DNA of 64,000 bases from Vitrella brassicaformis CCMP3155 (taxonomy: Eukaryota; Protista; Chromerida), in the NCBI GenBank assembly GCA_001179505.1, contig CDMY01000351.1, forward strand, positions 1-64,000. The letters run 5' to 3'. The notes beneath the pieces are model-generated. The model searched no databases. It was not told the origin of the DNA and was given only the letters and a program-made list of their open reading frames with translations. Numbering within the stretch: position 1 is the stretch's first letter; every line of letters starts with the position of its first letter. Both the position numbers and the translations under genes were made by a program. Below, piece by piece: positions 12,701-24,788 of this stretch.

Positions 12701-13024
12701 TCGATCCATCAAAACTGGTCGGTAAGCGGCGACGGGCGTCCTCTATCATGTGGCTGAGTTTTTTCTTTACTGGGGTGTGTGTGCGTGTGTCATCAGGAGG
12801 GTATCTCTTGGGTGCCGACCGTCGTCATCTCTGTAGCCAATCCGTGTGCGCGCAAATGAATCGCATACCTACCATTCGGTAGACAGACCGGCTGCTTGTA
12901 TGTGACCAAATGGCTGTGGGTGTTGTGCTGAAGAGTTCCATGCCTCCTCTGATGCATGCGTGAATCGGTCTGTGGGGTCCTTTTTGCCCGTACGTCGCTC
13001 TTCTTCATGCGCGGCTGTCACTCC

Positions 13025-13057
<33 letters not shown>

Positions 13058-15573
13058 CCTGTATGTGTGTAGATCTCTGCCCGTCCTCATGGCTGGTTGG
13101 CTGGCTGGCTGGCTGCCTGTGTGTGTGGGGGTGTGGGCGAATCTGGTTACGCCCTCCGCTGCCGGCCGATTTTGGTGTGATGCATCCCCCGATTGTGACT
13201 GTGTGTGGCTGCCTGGCTGACTCACTGGCCATGCCTCTCTCTCGATGGCTGTGTGGTGGGAAGCGTCGCTCTGCATGTGAGTGTGCCGCGACGGACATGA
13301 AGTGAACTGTTGTTCATGGAGCACAGCCAAGGAATGGACACGTACGTCGAGGAGGGTGCGCGTGCAGCGAGTGAGTCGAATACTCCATCGCAGCAAAAGA
13401 CAGAGTCCCCACTCACTCACTCAGTAGCAAGGCTAGAACCCTCGGCAAAAGGACCCACCTGTTGTACGCACGTACACGAGAAACTGCCACCCATAAGGGC
13501 ACATAAGACCGCCCGGTCGCACGAAAGATAAATCCTTTCGACAAAGCTAGCTTTGTGGCGGCCCATTCTCACTCTCGTCAGCCGTGGGAAGGGAGACAGT
13601 CAGTTGCCGGATGGCCGCACTCTCGACAGTCAGAGGCAGATAGACAGATACATCAGCTTGGCTACGGCTCGTGTGAGGGGCGGACAGACATCAACCTGCC
13701 GCAGACACTTACTTCCTCTCGTTGGGGCCGCTCGGCCCTTTTCCGGCATCAAGGACGCATATACCCTCGGTGCTGCCGATGTCGAGTCAACTTGGCAGCT
13801 CTGTGCCGACCGCGTCACCTTGTTTCGATGTATCCCCTTTGCCATTGACATGGTCAGCGGCAGCATTCGCCTTGTTGTCCCTTCTTTGCTGTCACTGCGA
13901 GCGGCTCTAACACGGACATGAGAGACAGCCCAGAGGCACTTGGCCGCAGAAGCTGTCTGGGCCGACTCTGCCGCTCGTCGCGCCAACGGCGACGGCGACA
14001 TGGCGAGCTGACTGGGTGCCCCGGCCGCTGACTTGTTGCCATATTGAGGGGCGTTTTACGCGGGGGGCACGCCGAGACATCGCGTCTGCCCAGCGCCGTA
14101 AGTTGGCCACAATGAAGGGCCTGGAAAGGGGGGCGGGGGAAGGGGAAAAAGGCAGGGGAGGGCCACCAGCGGAAACCAGCTCGTGTCGGGCCTCGGGTGA
14201 TAGACATCATGCCGCGGCTCTTGCTTGACGTGGTGTGGGTGTCGTGTGTGTAGCACGCCACTTGCTGTTGGTGTCACTCACGTAGCCATACGAGAATGGT
14301 GGGGATGTCCTGCGACGGACGGCTGAGGGCGAGTGTCGGCCATCGGCTGGCACAAGCCAGGTGAGGATCACAGGAAATACAGGCGGCTGGAAGGGAGATA
14401 TCGTGCTCCACAGATGTGGCTGGGTCGATCCTCGAGCCACACAAGGGCGAGACACCACCGCATTCGCCCGCTGACACCCGGGGGCTCCTAAACTGGAATG
14501 GTGGTAGGAGCCGCTTTGTGGGTGGACGCTGCCGTGGCGCGGCAGGAGATACTGGCGATGCAGCGGAGATGAGAGATTCCTGAACTTGGACCTGGAAAGA
14601 TAGCAACACAATTGAATTACCACACAACACAATTCCATCGATTGCATCCTTCATCCACGCACCTGGGAGTCCTTGTTCTCCGCCTGATCCATCACCTGCC
14701 CCTGTCTCTCTCGCGCCACGAGCCGTACAATCGACGGCCCACTCTGGTGGGCCTGGGGATGCGGCCGTTAGCAGCCGGGGGACTTGGACACACCAGTCTC
14801 GGCAATGTGGACGACACGACAGGTAGCCTAGATAGTATGGTTGGTCCTCTGGCTGTAAGTGTATCGCTCCTCTAGCCTTTGACGTGGCCGGCAGAACTCA
14901 ACGCAAAGTCTCCCTCTTCTCAGTCTTCACCTTGCTTGAAGGGCCGGGAGCCAGTACAGATGAATGAAAAGTCCTCACCTAGGGTCAGCAGCAGATCTGC
15001 TTGGGCGACGAAAACTGGTCCGCTAGACCGTCACCATAATGTGGGTGCTGCCGCTGCCCGCTGATGCCACTCAGAAGCGGGTGCTCATCTGCTGGACTCA
15101 TCAGACATGTCGGCGTGGAGGCCAAGTGTTTATCTGACGAGCTCGAGCAGGGAAAAGCGGTGTCTGCCAAGGGTAGGGAGATAAGCTGACAACGCTGCAG
15201 CCGGCGCGCTCAAGCCGTTATGTGTCGACGGGAAGGCTGCACAAGAGAGCCCCACACAGACATGCAGAGACACAACAATGGCACTTCGTTTTGGCAGTCT
15301 CTCACATTATTTGTGTGACCAGGCCTCACTCAGGCGATGTGGGGCGCCTTATCTTGTGCGGCGGTGAACAGAGAAGCGGCTGTGGGGGAGTGAGCAACAA
15401 TACGCCATCAGTTGAGTCGATGATGACACACCCACGCCGCGTCGCGCGGCTCCAAAACCACCATAACTAGTACACACAAAGCCAGACACACAGGGGGGAG
15501 ACACATGAGCATCTGACTCGCTCAGTATGCCACTCTCTCACCTTGGTTGTCTGTCCACGTCTGCCTTCCTTGC

Positions 15574-15881
15574 TCACGCAATGGGCCTGAACTCCAACAC
15601 GATGGATCCTCGCAGATTCCTTAGGTCTTCGATGTCGGAAAGCGCCAAGGAAACGAAGCAGGCGGTGAGTCCCACCAGGGCCATCCAGATGTACCCCACA
15701 GCCCACACGAAGCTGGGCACCACGAACGGAATCGCAAACAGGCCGCCCATGTTATTGGGCGTCAGGGCTAGGGCAGCTCAACTTGGCTGATGATGTAGAG
15801 GTAACGGTAGACGTACTCGGCTGAGCCGAGGACAAAGTAAAAGAAGACACAGACGCCGACGGAAAGCGAAAACAGACCCAT
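15574..15881 (-). pseudogene. Small intronless membrane-protein paralogue A, split by a frameshift near 15780
   Basis: MGLFSLSVGVCVFFYFVLGSAEYVYRYLYIISQVE / AALALTPNNMGGLFAIPFVVPSFVWAVGYIWMALVGLTACFVSLALSDIEDLRNLRGSIVLEFRPIA*; homologous to the adjacent plus-strand ORF. Confidence 0.6.
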
Positions 15882-15938
15882 CTTGGGGGAGACTGGGGGC
15901 CGGAGGGGGCCCGTGCAAGCTCGCTGCCTCTTCACGCA

Positions 15939-16278
15939 ATGGAGTTCGCCTCTTTCGTGGGCATGTGCTTCGTGGCTTACTTCTTCTTCGGGCTCATCGA
16001 GTACGGCGTCAACTTCTACAACGAAACCGTCCGGCGCAACCCGCACCTTTCCCACCTCTCACGGACCCACTGGATTGACCATGTTCATTGAAGCAGCCAG
16101 CATGGTGGCCGTCCTGCCCTTCGCCGTGCCCAGCTTTGTGTGGGCCGTTGGGCAATGCTGGACAGTCCTCGTCTGCCTTTCCATCTACGTGAACATTACT
16201 CTCGTCGGCCTCTTTGCTGTCCACCCCGGCATTGACTTCTCGAGACGGGACGTCGACATCGCGTGGTTCCCATTCTGA
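15939..16278 (+). pseudogene. Small membrane-protein paralogue B, split into two overlapping frames at ~16081-16091
   Basis: MEFASFVGMCFVAYFFFGLIEYGVNFYNETVRRNPHLSHLSRTHWI / MFIEAASMVAVLPFAVPSFVWAVGQCWTVLVCLSIYVNITLVGLFAVHPGIDFSRRDVDIAWFPF*. A 100-nt GT-AG intron (16001-16100) could alternatively restore one ORF. Confidence 0.6.
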
Positions 16279-16577
16279 CTCAGAGTTCTTCGAGACAAAC
16301 AAGGTGACCACTCGTAGAGCAGCGTGCGAGGCTCGTGTATCTGCTAGTGTGTCTCTGTGTTTGCCCATTCAGCACCCAACCCCTCCCCCCCCCAACCCTC
16401 CCCTCAACCCCTATTATTCTCTTCCCCTGTCGGCCAACCGACGCCCAGCACCGCATTCCTGAGATGACATGTCCCCAAGAAGGCAGCAGCAGCAAGATGG
16501 TGACGGCATGTCGACAGCATAATCTGATCTGAAAGGCCCAAGTCTATCAGAGACACAACTTGCATTGAGGCCGTAGT

Positions 16578-17830
16578 CTATTGCTGGCAGTGCCTGGCTG
16601 CTGATGATGATGCTGATTCTTCATCTGTACGGCCATCTTCTGCTGCTAGGGTGGGTGGCGGGGGCCCGCTATGAGTGATCGTTTTGATTTCATCGGTGGA
16701 GGGATTGGGAGAGGTCGATGTTGCTGAACAAAGAAGCCCTGCTGGTGCCAGGAAGAACACACCAGCACTGTCAGTACACGCACAAGTTGGGCTCTCCCTT
16801 GACCCCACAGCCACCTGTTACTCGAGCTAAGACTTGTGGGAGACGTCTATGTCAGCGAGACACAGCTCTGTCTAAGACACACCAAAGCACTTCAGGAGGG
16901 CTGGCCATCCCGCGGCTGGTGGCAAGAGAAAGAAATAAGGGCAGGTGACGGAATCGGCGGAGAAAGAGGACGCTCAGGTGAGATGACGAACAGAGAAATG
17001 GCTGTACGGATTGATTGTGTTTTCTCTTTTCTCTTCAGGGTGCTTTCACCTTTGATGCATCACCGACGCCTTCTGCCACGCCCTTGCCGGCTGCCCCGTG
17101 GCCGCATGACCCACCACACCCCGCCCGAGATTGTGAATGGTGCGCCACCATCTCTCGCGGCCATCCCAATCTAACGGCGGTGCTTTTTCTTGAGATCAAG
17201 CGGAGGATGTTGAGGAACGCAGCGAGGCCAGCCCCCCCCCNNNNNNNNNNNNNNNNNNNNNNNNNNNNNNNNNNNNNNNNNNNNNNNNNNNNNNNNNNNN
17301 NNNNNNNNNNNNNNNNNNNNNNNNNNNNNNNNNNNNNNNNNNNNNNNNNNNNNNNNNNNNNNNNNNNNNNNNNNNNNNNNNNNNNNNNNNNNNNNNNNNN
17401 NNNNNNNNNNNNNNNNNNNNNNNNNNNNNNNNNNNNNNNNNNNNNNNNNNNNNNNNNNNNNNNNNNNNNNNNNNNNNNNNNNNNNNNNNNNNNNNNNNNN
17501 NNNNNNNNNNNNNNNNNNNNNNNNNNNNNNNNNNNNNNNNCCCCCCCCCCCCCCCCCCTCTTCCTCCCCTTCCGTTGGTTGGCCCCCTGCAGCAGACGAT
17601 CTCCCCTTCCCGCTACCCTCTTTTCCTTTCATTCTCTCGGCGCCCGTGCCAGCCGATGATAACCGAAATACGCCGTCAGCCCCACCAAAGAGGGACGCGG
17701 CTGGCCCAGTCCCCATCTCTTTGATGAGGAACAGTCGCGACAGCGGTGCTATGACGATGCAGCGACACACGGCCAGGCCGGGCAGTGGCTGCACGACGAC
17801 GACCAACACGTCACACAAGAGCCGCGCCAT
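16578..17830 (-). CDS. Possible hypothetical or decayed multi-exon gene spanning the first assembly gap
   Basis: Protein-like reading frames on both sides of the gap (MARLLCDVLVVVVQPLPGLAV...; GAGLAAFLNILRLISRKSTAVRLGWPREMV...) and plausible splice sites; no family recognised. Confidence 0.25.
17241..17540. other. Assembly gap (300 N) flanked by poly-C
   Basis: Exactly 300 N, with C-homopolymers on both sides. Confidence 0.98.
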
Positions 17831-18497
17831 GCTGCCGACTCAACACCACGCACGACAGAGAGCGTCTCGGCTGGCCGACAGCCCCATCACTGCCAAGACA
17901 CCCGAGCGGTCACCGTCTCGCTGACGGTGCGGTCATGGAACATACGTGGCCCCTGATGTTGCTGCCCTTCTGAAGAGCCCGCTGCTGTGTCGAATTGTTT
18001 CATCCCGTCAGCAGTGCTGGAGATCTGACCATCACGAGGCAATCCCCTCGCTCTCACAGTTTCGTGTGGCTAGGCTGCCGTGTCTTCCTGCTCTCTGACA
18101 TCGATGTCCGACTTGCCGTGGCAGCAAACCGAATGTGTTCCATTCCATTCCCCCATCTCAGCCCCCCATTTGATGACACATCCCGCCCTGTGCTGCAGCC
18201 TACTCGTCCCTCCCCCAACCTCCCTCTTTACTCTGCGACATCATTCGTTCGGATTTCGGTCCAAATATTGTTCTCAACACATGGCAGTGGGTGGGTTTTG
18301 TCTCCGCAGGCGCTGCGCCTTGCTTGAGTCTGAGTGAGACATGGGCGTATGTGTGGTGTGCACTTCTGGCCTATAAGGGTATGGGGAATTCTTCTGTTGA
18401 GATGCGACCACACACGCAGGGAGTGGACGTCGGTCGTATTTTTCTGTTTGTCTTTATGGCCAATCATGGACTCGACAACCATTGATGGCTCTCTTTG

Positions 18498-19010
18498 GCA
18501 TGTCCGTCGCGGCATACTCACATGCAATCCAGACACACTCCACCACACAATCATCAGAGAGGGAGGTCTGGCGAGTGAGACAGCCAGGCAGCTTAACACA
18601 GTCACACATCGGCCGGCCGAACCATCACATCAAAATCGGCCAGCAGTGGATCGGAGGGCGTGACGAGATGCACCGCACCCTGACACCCACAGACAGCCCC
18701 AGCCATGAGATCGGGCGGATACGTATCCACACAATTACAGACAGAGGGAGAGAGGGGGCGTCACAAAACTGACAGGAGAGACGGAGAGCCGACCCCACAG
18801 ACCCACCAAGGCATACACCCCTAGCCGGCCAGCCATTCAGTTACCCCACACTCACTGTAAGCGAATGGCTGGCTGCAGGGGATGACGGCAGCCAGCACTT
18901 CATCTACCCTCCTGACCACACACGCACACACAGAGGACATGGCAACATCCAGGTACACGACATGCAGAAGACGTCAATCGCTGCGTACCCATGCGGATTG
19001 ACTGATGGAT
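18498..19010 (-). repeat. 3' flank of copy 5, inverted homologue of the 3' flank of copy 3 (~12700-13300)
   Basis: 18498 catgtccgtcgcggcatactcacatgca and 18560-18670 (...cagccaggcagc...cacagtcac...catcacatcaaaatcggcc...ggagggcgt) match the reverse complement of 13140-13300. Confidence 0.8.
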
Positions 19011-20841
19011 CACCCGCTGCTCTCCCCCTCGGCTGCGGCTTCGTCGCCTGTCGAGTGCATCACACACACACAGACCTGTATGCGATGCAGGTCGACGTGA
19101 GGGCCTCTGTGCTGTGGTGTGTGTGTCTGTGTACCTCCACTGCCCTCTCCGCTGCCGTCATCCATATCGTCACCCTCATCGTCACCATCGTCGGAATCTG
19201 CAGACCACAAACACACAGAGAAAGAGAAGGCACGTCATCCATCCATCCATCCATCCATCCGTGTGTGGGTGCGTATCCTTACCGTCGCTATCGTCATTTT
19301 GCTGCTGCTGCTGCTGCTGCTGTTGTTGTACTTGTCCGTCGAAGAAGTACGGCGCCACCGCCGCCAACGCCACACGAGCCAGCTGAGTGGTCAACGGGAA
19401 GCGGTGCTTGAAGGGACCACTCCCACACACAGCCGCCTCAGTCGTGTAGACAATCACGTCCACTGCACACACGGGGAAAGAGAACACGCGACGTATGACC
19501 ATCAACACTTCCTCTCTGTCAGTCTGACCGGTGCCGCCCGTATCCGCGATGGAAATCCATGCGACGAAGTTGTGGTTGTTGTTGGTCAGCACCAGCAACC
19601 GCTCATTACCGTTCAGCCCGAGTGTGGTCGTGCATCCGGCCACTGGTGTGTGGGGCGACTCCGTCAGCAGGTCATCCAGACGGCCGCCACCAACATTCCT
19701 CAACCAACCACACACACACACACATTCAACAACCCTCTCTTGCCTTCAGTGCCGTCGGTGTGTTGTCACCTGTTGAGGTCTATCGATGTGACGTGGGTCT
19801 TATGAGTCCTGCCGAAGTAGTCGAGCACCATGGCCTTGGCAAATGACGACACTGACGCAGCTGTGAACGGCAAGCCACCGATCGACACCCATCTGCCGCC
19901 GGCGAGGAGCGAGTAGATGATGCTCTCATGCACTGGTGGGTCGTGTGGCTGTCGGTGCTGCTGGTACAGGTGGCCGGCGGGGAGGGGCGGATCGACCGTC
20001 AGCCGGAAGCCGGGCTGGTCCTTGATGGCCCGCACCTCACCATTGTCCTGGAACAGCTGCAGGCAGCTGTCATCACCGAACTGGACGTGGCGGCCGACCA
20101 TCTTGAGCTGCGCCAACACACGGGGAGCCGACACATACGCCTACACACACGACAACACACACAGACACACACACAGACACACAGAGAGAATGGGGCCCTC
20201 TCCCTCCCCTCCCCGCCCCTCTGTTCGCTGGCTCACCGATTTGTTTGTGTGTGTGTTGATGTCATCGGATGTGAGGATGACAGGCAGGTCACAGTTGCCG
20301 CACTGCCCCGCCAGCTCAATCACCTCGCCGATCTCATCCCATGGCCCCTCCTCCACCACACACACAGCCGCCAGCAGATCATGTGTGCCGAACTGGTCGT
20401 CGTCGAACCGCAGCAGCTGCACTTGCCGCCCATTCACCGCCCGCCGCAGCCCCGCCTGTGAGCCCAGCGAGTGGCGGAGCCGATCTCTCAGCTGGGCCGC
20501 TCCGAAGAGGTCTCTGAGCCACGTGGAGGTGGCCCTCAGCCGCAGGATGTCCTTGATGCTGCTGAAGAGGTAGAAGGTGCGGCGGCCGACGAAGATATAC
20601 GAGAAGGGGTGCTGCTGCTCCTGCTGCTGCTGCTCTGGTTGCTGCATCTGGGTAGCTATGATGTGCTCGACGACAGCCTGCACAGAGCGGCAGAGCCGAC
20701 AGAGGATCGTGTGCATCAAGCATGCTGCTCATTGGTCTGTGTGCGGCTCACCTCGTTCGATGATCAGATGCACAGATCAGCAGGCAGAGAACTGAATGCA
20801 CCACCACCACCACCATCAGCGGCAGATGAGGAGACCGCCAT
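19010..20841 (-). CDS. Poly-Q/F-box-like family, copy 5 (upstream exon carries in-frame TGA at 20766-20764)
   Basis: ORFs 20141..20719, 19766..20134 and 19182..19721 are family exons; the main frame appears intact. Confidence 0.8.
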
Positions 20842-20894
20842 CTTTCCTCCCTCACCTTTGAGCTCGCATATGCGATCGCCCAGGAAGCGGAGCG

Positions 20895-22178
20895 ATGGCT
20901 GGGCGTGTGGCGCCCCTGGAGCATGACCTACCAGAGGTGAGCCCGAACACCGCACTCATCGCTGTCCACACAGAGTGGCACACCGGAGAAGAGGAAAGAT
21001 GGCTGAGATCTGCGGCTTGTGTGTGCCGTATGTGCCGTGTGTGTCCTTTGACAGCATCTGGCGGGTCAGTGGGAGCAGCTGATGGTGCTCAAGTGGCACG
21101 AGGTCATCTACCGCCTCACGGAAGATGGCCTGCCTGAGCCTGCAGCGGCTGTGAGGGACTTCCTGCTCTTCATGATGCTGGTAGTACGATGATGCTGCAG
21201 CAATTGTACGTCTATTTACTGCTGTTGGTGTGTCACGTGTGTGTGCAGAAGGGTGTGGAGAACGACCGCAGCTGCCGCCTGTCGGTGCCGGCCCACATTG
21301 ACGAGGTGTGGCACTCAGTGCTGGTCGATCCGGTGCTGTACATGTCGCTCTCGCGCATCGTCGGCATCGAACCCGTCATCCCATAGTACCCACACACAGA
21401 ACCCAGAGAGCGCATTGCGGTGTTCTGTGTGTGTGGGTCTTTCCCTCACCCTGATGCAGTGAACCGATGGGCGAGTACGACAGCGACGAGGCCAAGATGC
21501 GCCGCTGGCAGGCCGCCTTAGACAAGTTTGCAGAGCTGTACGGCCGCCCCTACACACACAACTACTGGTGAGTGACTGAGTGAGTGAGTGACTAGACAGA
21601 TGGGTGGGTGCCCTAATGGGCTGTACGGTGGCCTTCCTTGTTTGTGTGGCCCGTGGGGATTGTGTGCCTGCAGTGGTGGGCAGGTAGCCGCTCGCCACCA
21701 GGACAACTATGTCCTCACACAGCCGCCCACGCGGTAAGAGCTCGTGGGGTGGGAGGGTGGGCGAGCTCTTAGCACTCAGCACTCTGCACTCTCATTCCTT
21801 TTATCTCTTTTGGGTCTGTCTGTGTTTGCTCGGCTGCAGCGAGGAGTTCAGTAGATTCATCAAGGTCTACGTCAGAGTCTTAATGGGCAAAAGCTTCGAG
21901 CTGTGGGCCCGCCCGCCCAGACGCCATGGTAGAGGACCTCAAGTACGGCGTGCGACTTGCGGAGGGCATCCCGGTCGTCAAGCAGCGGCTGCTCTTCTGC
22001 GGCACGTAATGAGCACGCGCGTCATGTCACTGCACGATGTGCGATGTGTGTGGTGGGCTGACTGGCTGTCCGTCTTTCTATCTGCAGAGAGCTCGAGAAC
22101 TGTCGTACGGTGTCGGACTACGACATGCAGGATGGCGCCATAATCCACCTCATCCTGATCCTGCGGCGCTACACATAG
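20895..22178 (+). CDS. GRDP-like (PxxIDxVWH motif) domain fused to a C-terminal ubiquitin-like domain; 4-nt frameshift at (GCCC)3, 21907-21918
   Basis: Spliced: AVRDFLLFMML|KGVENDRSCRLSVPAHIDEVWHSVLVDPVLYMSLSRIVGIEPVIPY|EPM...FAELYGRPYTHNY, then FIKVYVRVLMGKSFELWARPDAMVEDLKYGVRLAEGIPVVKQRLLFCGT|ELENCRTVSDYDMQDGAIIHLILILRRYT*, which aligns with the ubiquitin fold. Removing one GCCC restores the frame. Confidence 0.7.
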
Positions 22179-22663
22179 ACTGCCCTAGTAGGATAGAGGA
22201 CAGAGGGGAGAGAGGGAGAGAGGGTGTAGATAGATGCAGCTATGGGTGGGTGCTCTGTCTGTCTGTCTGTCTGAGTGGATGGATGGATGGATGGATGGGA
22301 GTGGGTGAGGGTGCCTGGGGGTGCATGTGGATGGATGGCTCTCGATAGACGCATGTGTGTGCATTGCAGACGGACAGCAGATACTGATGTAGACAGATGG
22401 ATGAATACATCGATGAGCATCAATCGATCAACGGGTCGATTATACAGACCAACTCGACACGACACACGTTTTCGTGCGTTCATCTTATCGCTCCGTCCAG
22501 GGCAAAGCTATACCTAGAGAACAGTGCCCCAGACAGACAGAGCAAAATCGGCCACAAAGACAAACTGACCAAATACGACCGACCGCCACTCCCTCCCTCC
22601 TTGCACCACACCACACTCACTACTGCACGCATCATCCCACTGCCATGGACATGGTCTTGAGAG

Positions 22664-24768
22664 TCACTCCCGGCCCCTCGACGACTTCATGCCCACATTT
22701 GAGATCCTCTTGCGGCCACCGCGGATCTCGGCTTTGGGCGTCATCTCTGCAGACAAGGCAGAACAGCAGCCACGATGCTGACAACTGAAATGACTGACCA
22801 GCCATCTTGATCACTGTCTGTGCATTCACACACCTTGGAGCTGCTTGTCCTCAGTCTCATGCAGACCAGTAGTGGTGGACTGAGCCGAGGATGATGAAGC
22901 GCTGGCCGCTGCACACAAACAAACATACAAACATACAAACATACAAACAAACAAGAGACATGCAGGAGAAACGCACATACCTTGCTGCACGTTGTCCGTC
23001 TTGCCACTGAGACGCACCAGACCGGTGCTCTCAATCTCACTGGCCGCTGACCGCATCGGCCCTGCAATGACAAGCAAAAAAGGAGAGAAAAAATCGGAAG
23101 GGTCTCCGTCAGTTTTCTCTCGTGCTGTGTGTTTGTGTGTGTGTTGTTAGCAGTGTGTTCGTACCCGTGCAGCTGGAGTTAGTGTCGGCCGGCCCTGTCG
23201 AGGCCTCCGATGCTGCCGACACGCAGCACAGCAGACAGACAAAGGACAGACATAAGCAATGAGCAATGAGGAATGAGTGCCTCGTGCCATTTTGCCGCCC
23301 ACCCTGCTGAGTGGCGGCCTCTTCCTCCCCACACACGCTGTTGGCCTTCTCAGTCTCACATCCACCTGAAGCCGAGGGCCCTACACACAGAGGACAGAGG
23401 TGAAAGAAGGCCACGTCTCTCTCTCTCGAGAAAGCATCTACCTGGGATGTGGTCTGTGTCCATCTCGGTGTGCGCGGCTGTGGGCTGCGAAGCCAAGAGG
23501 CGCCCCAGGTGTGCCTGCGGTACACAGACGGGCAGATGATGTCATACACATGAGCGGAAGAGCACCAACCTTGACGCAGCGCATTCCTTGCGTACCACCG
23601 TCTGCACCAGTGCAGTGTTCTGCTGCAGCAGCCGACTGCACTCCTGGTGGTGGACAGACACAAGACACCCACCAAAACCAACGGACATACAGACGACTTG
23701 GTCTGTCTGTGGTCTGCAGTGCAGTACCTTGTCTTTGTCGTCGCCCATCTGCTCCAGCTCCCGGATCTTGCGGTCCTTGTTGATAATCTGGTTCTTCAGC
23801 TCGGTGTTCATCCGGTCAACTTTGCAGTACATCCAATTCATCTCAAACCGGTTCACCTCGATTTGCCGCTCGAGGCACAGGCGCCGCTCCTCCGCACGAG
23901 CATGGTACTCCAACTACACACACACACACAACACACCGAGAGGCAGAGACCGCATGGACAAAAGTAGAAGACAAGTGGGGAAGTGAGTTAAGAGCTTCGG
24001 TTGTCTGGGTGTGCTGACCTTTTCCTGGTCGTATTTCTGGATGGTCTTCTCCATTTCGATGTACTTGTTCTGGTCACTTGCCAGCTCGACCGGGTCGACG
24101 AAGACGAGCTCTCTGTACTCAGGCTCTGAAGATCACACACACACACACACACACACACAGAGAGAGACAGAGAGAGAGAGACATGCATGAAATCGAGTCG
24201 GTCTTTCATCTCACCGTCTGTCTGTCCACTCCCCTGCGACTCTGAAAGGCACATCGAAGACAGCTCATGCGGAGAGACAGGTGCGCCCGACGCCCATCAT
24301 TGCTGTGTGCAGCCCTCCTACCTGATGTCGCTGATCCCTCTTCCTCCGAGTCCCCTGTGGCCCAAACATTGGCCTCTGAGTCACACACACACAAAGAGAC
24401 ACGGGGGCGTTCCTTTGCTCAGTGGCCATTCCTTCCGTCTCATCTCCTTCCGTCTCATCTCATCTCATTTCACCTCCTGTGAGCAGGCCTGTCCGCTCGT
24501 TCTCCTCTTGAAGTTCCTCCTCCTCGTCGTTGGCCTCGTTGACCTCGTCGGCCTGGCCCTGGCCCTCCTCCTCCTCGTCGGCCTCGCCCTGGCCCTCCTG
24601 CGGATCTGAAAGACCCAACGGAAACAGCTCATACACAGATGGGTGTGCGTGACCCACCAACCGCAGCCCCCTCCCTGCCCTCCTACCTTCCCGCGTGGCC
24701 TCGCCGTGGTTGGCGCCCTGTGCCTCCCGGGCGTTCTCCTCCTGGATGGCTGAAAAAAGACCAGCCAA
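22664..24768 (-). CDS. Hypothetical multi-exon acidic/coiled-coil protein
   Basis: Exons EGQGEADEEEEGQGQADEVNEANDEEEELQEENE, YRELVFVDPVELASDQNKYIEMEKTIQKYDQEK and LEYHARAEERRLCLERQIEVNRFEMNWMYCKVDRMNTELKNQIINKDRKIRELEQ, with GT-AG boundaries; the 3' end is approximate. Confidence 0.7.
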
Positions 24769-24788
24769 ATGAAGGCAGAGACGAGCGT

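Larger units (their letters stand above)
6420..13300. repeat. Inverted segmental duplication: ~6420-8440 (copy 2 + 5' flank) vs ~10655-12720 (copy 3 + 5' flank), head-to-head
   Basis: The 5' flanks are near-identical reverse complements (e.g. 8405-8440 vs 10655-10700; 8161-8340 vs 10770-10950). Exon 1 differs by only about five residues plus one codon insertion. Confidence 0.9.
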
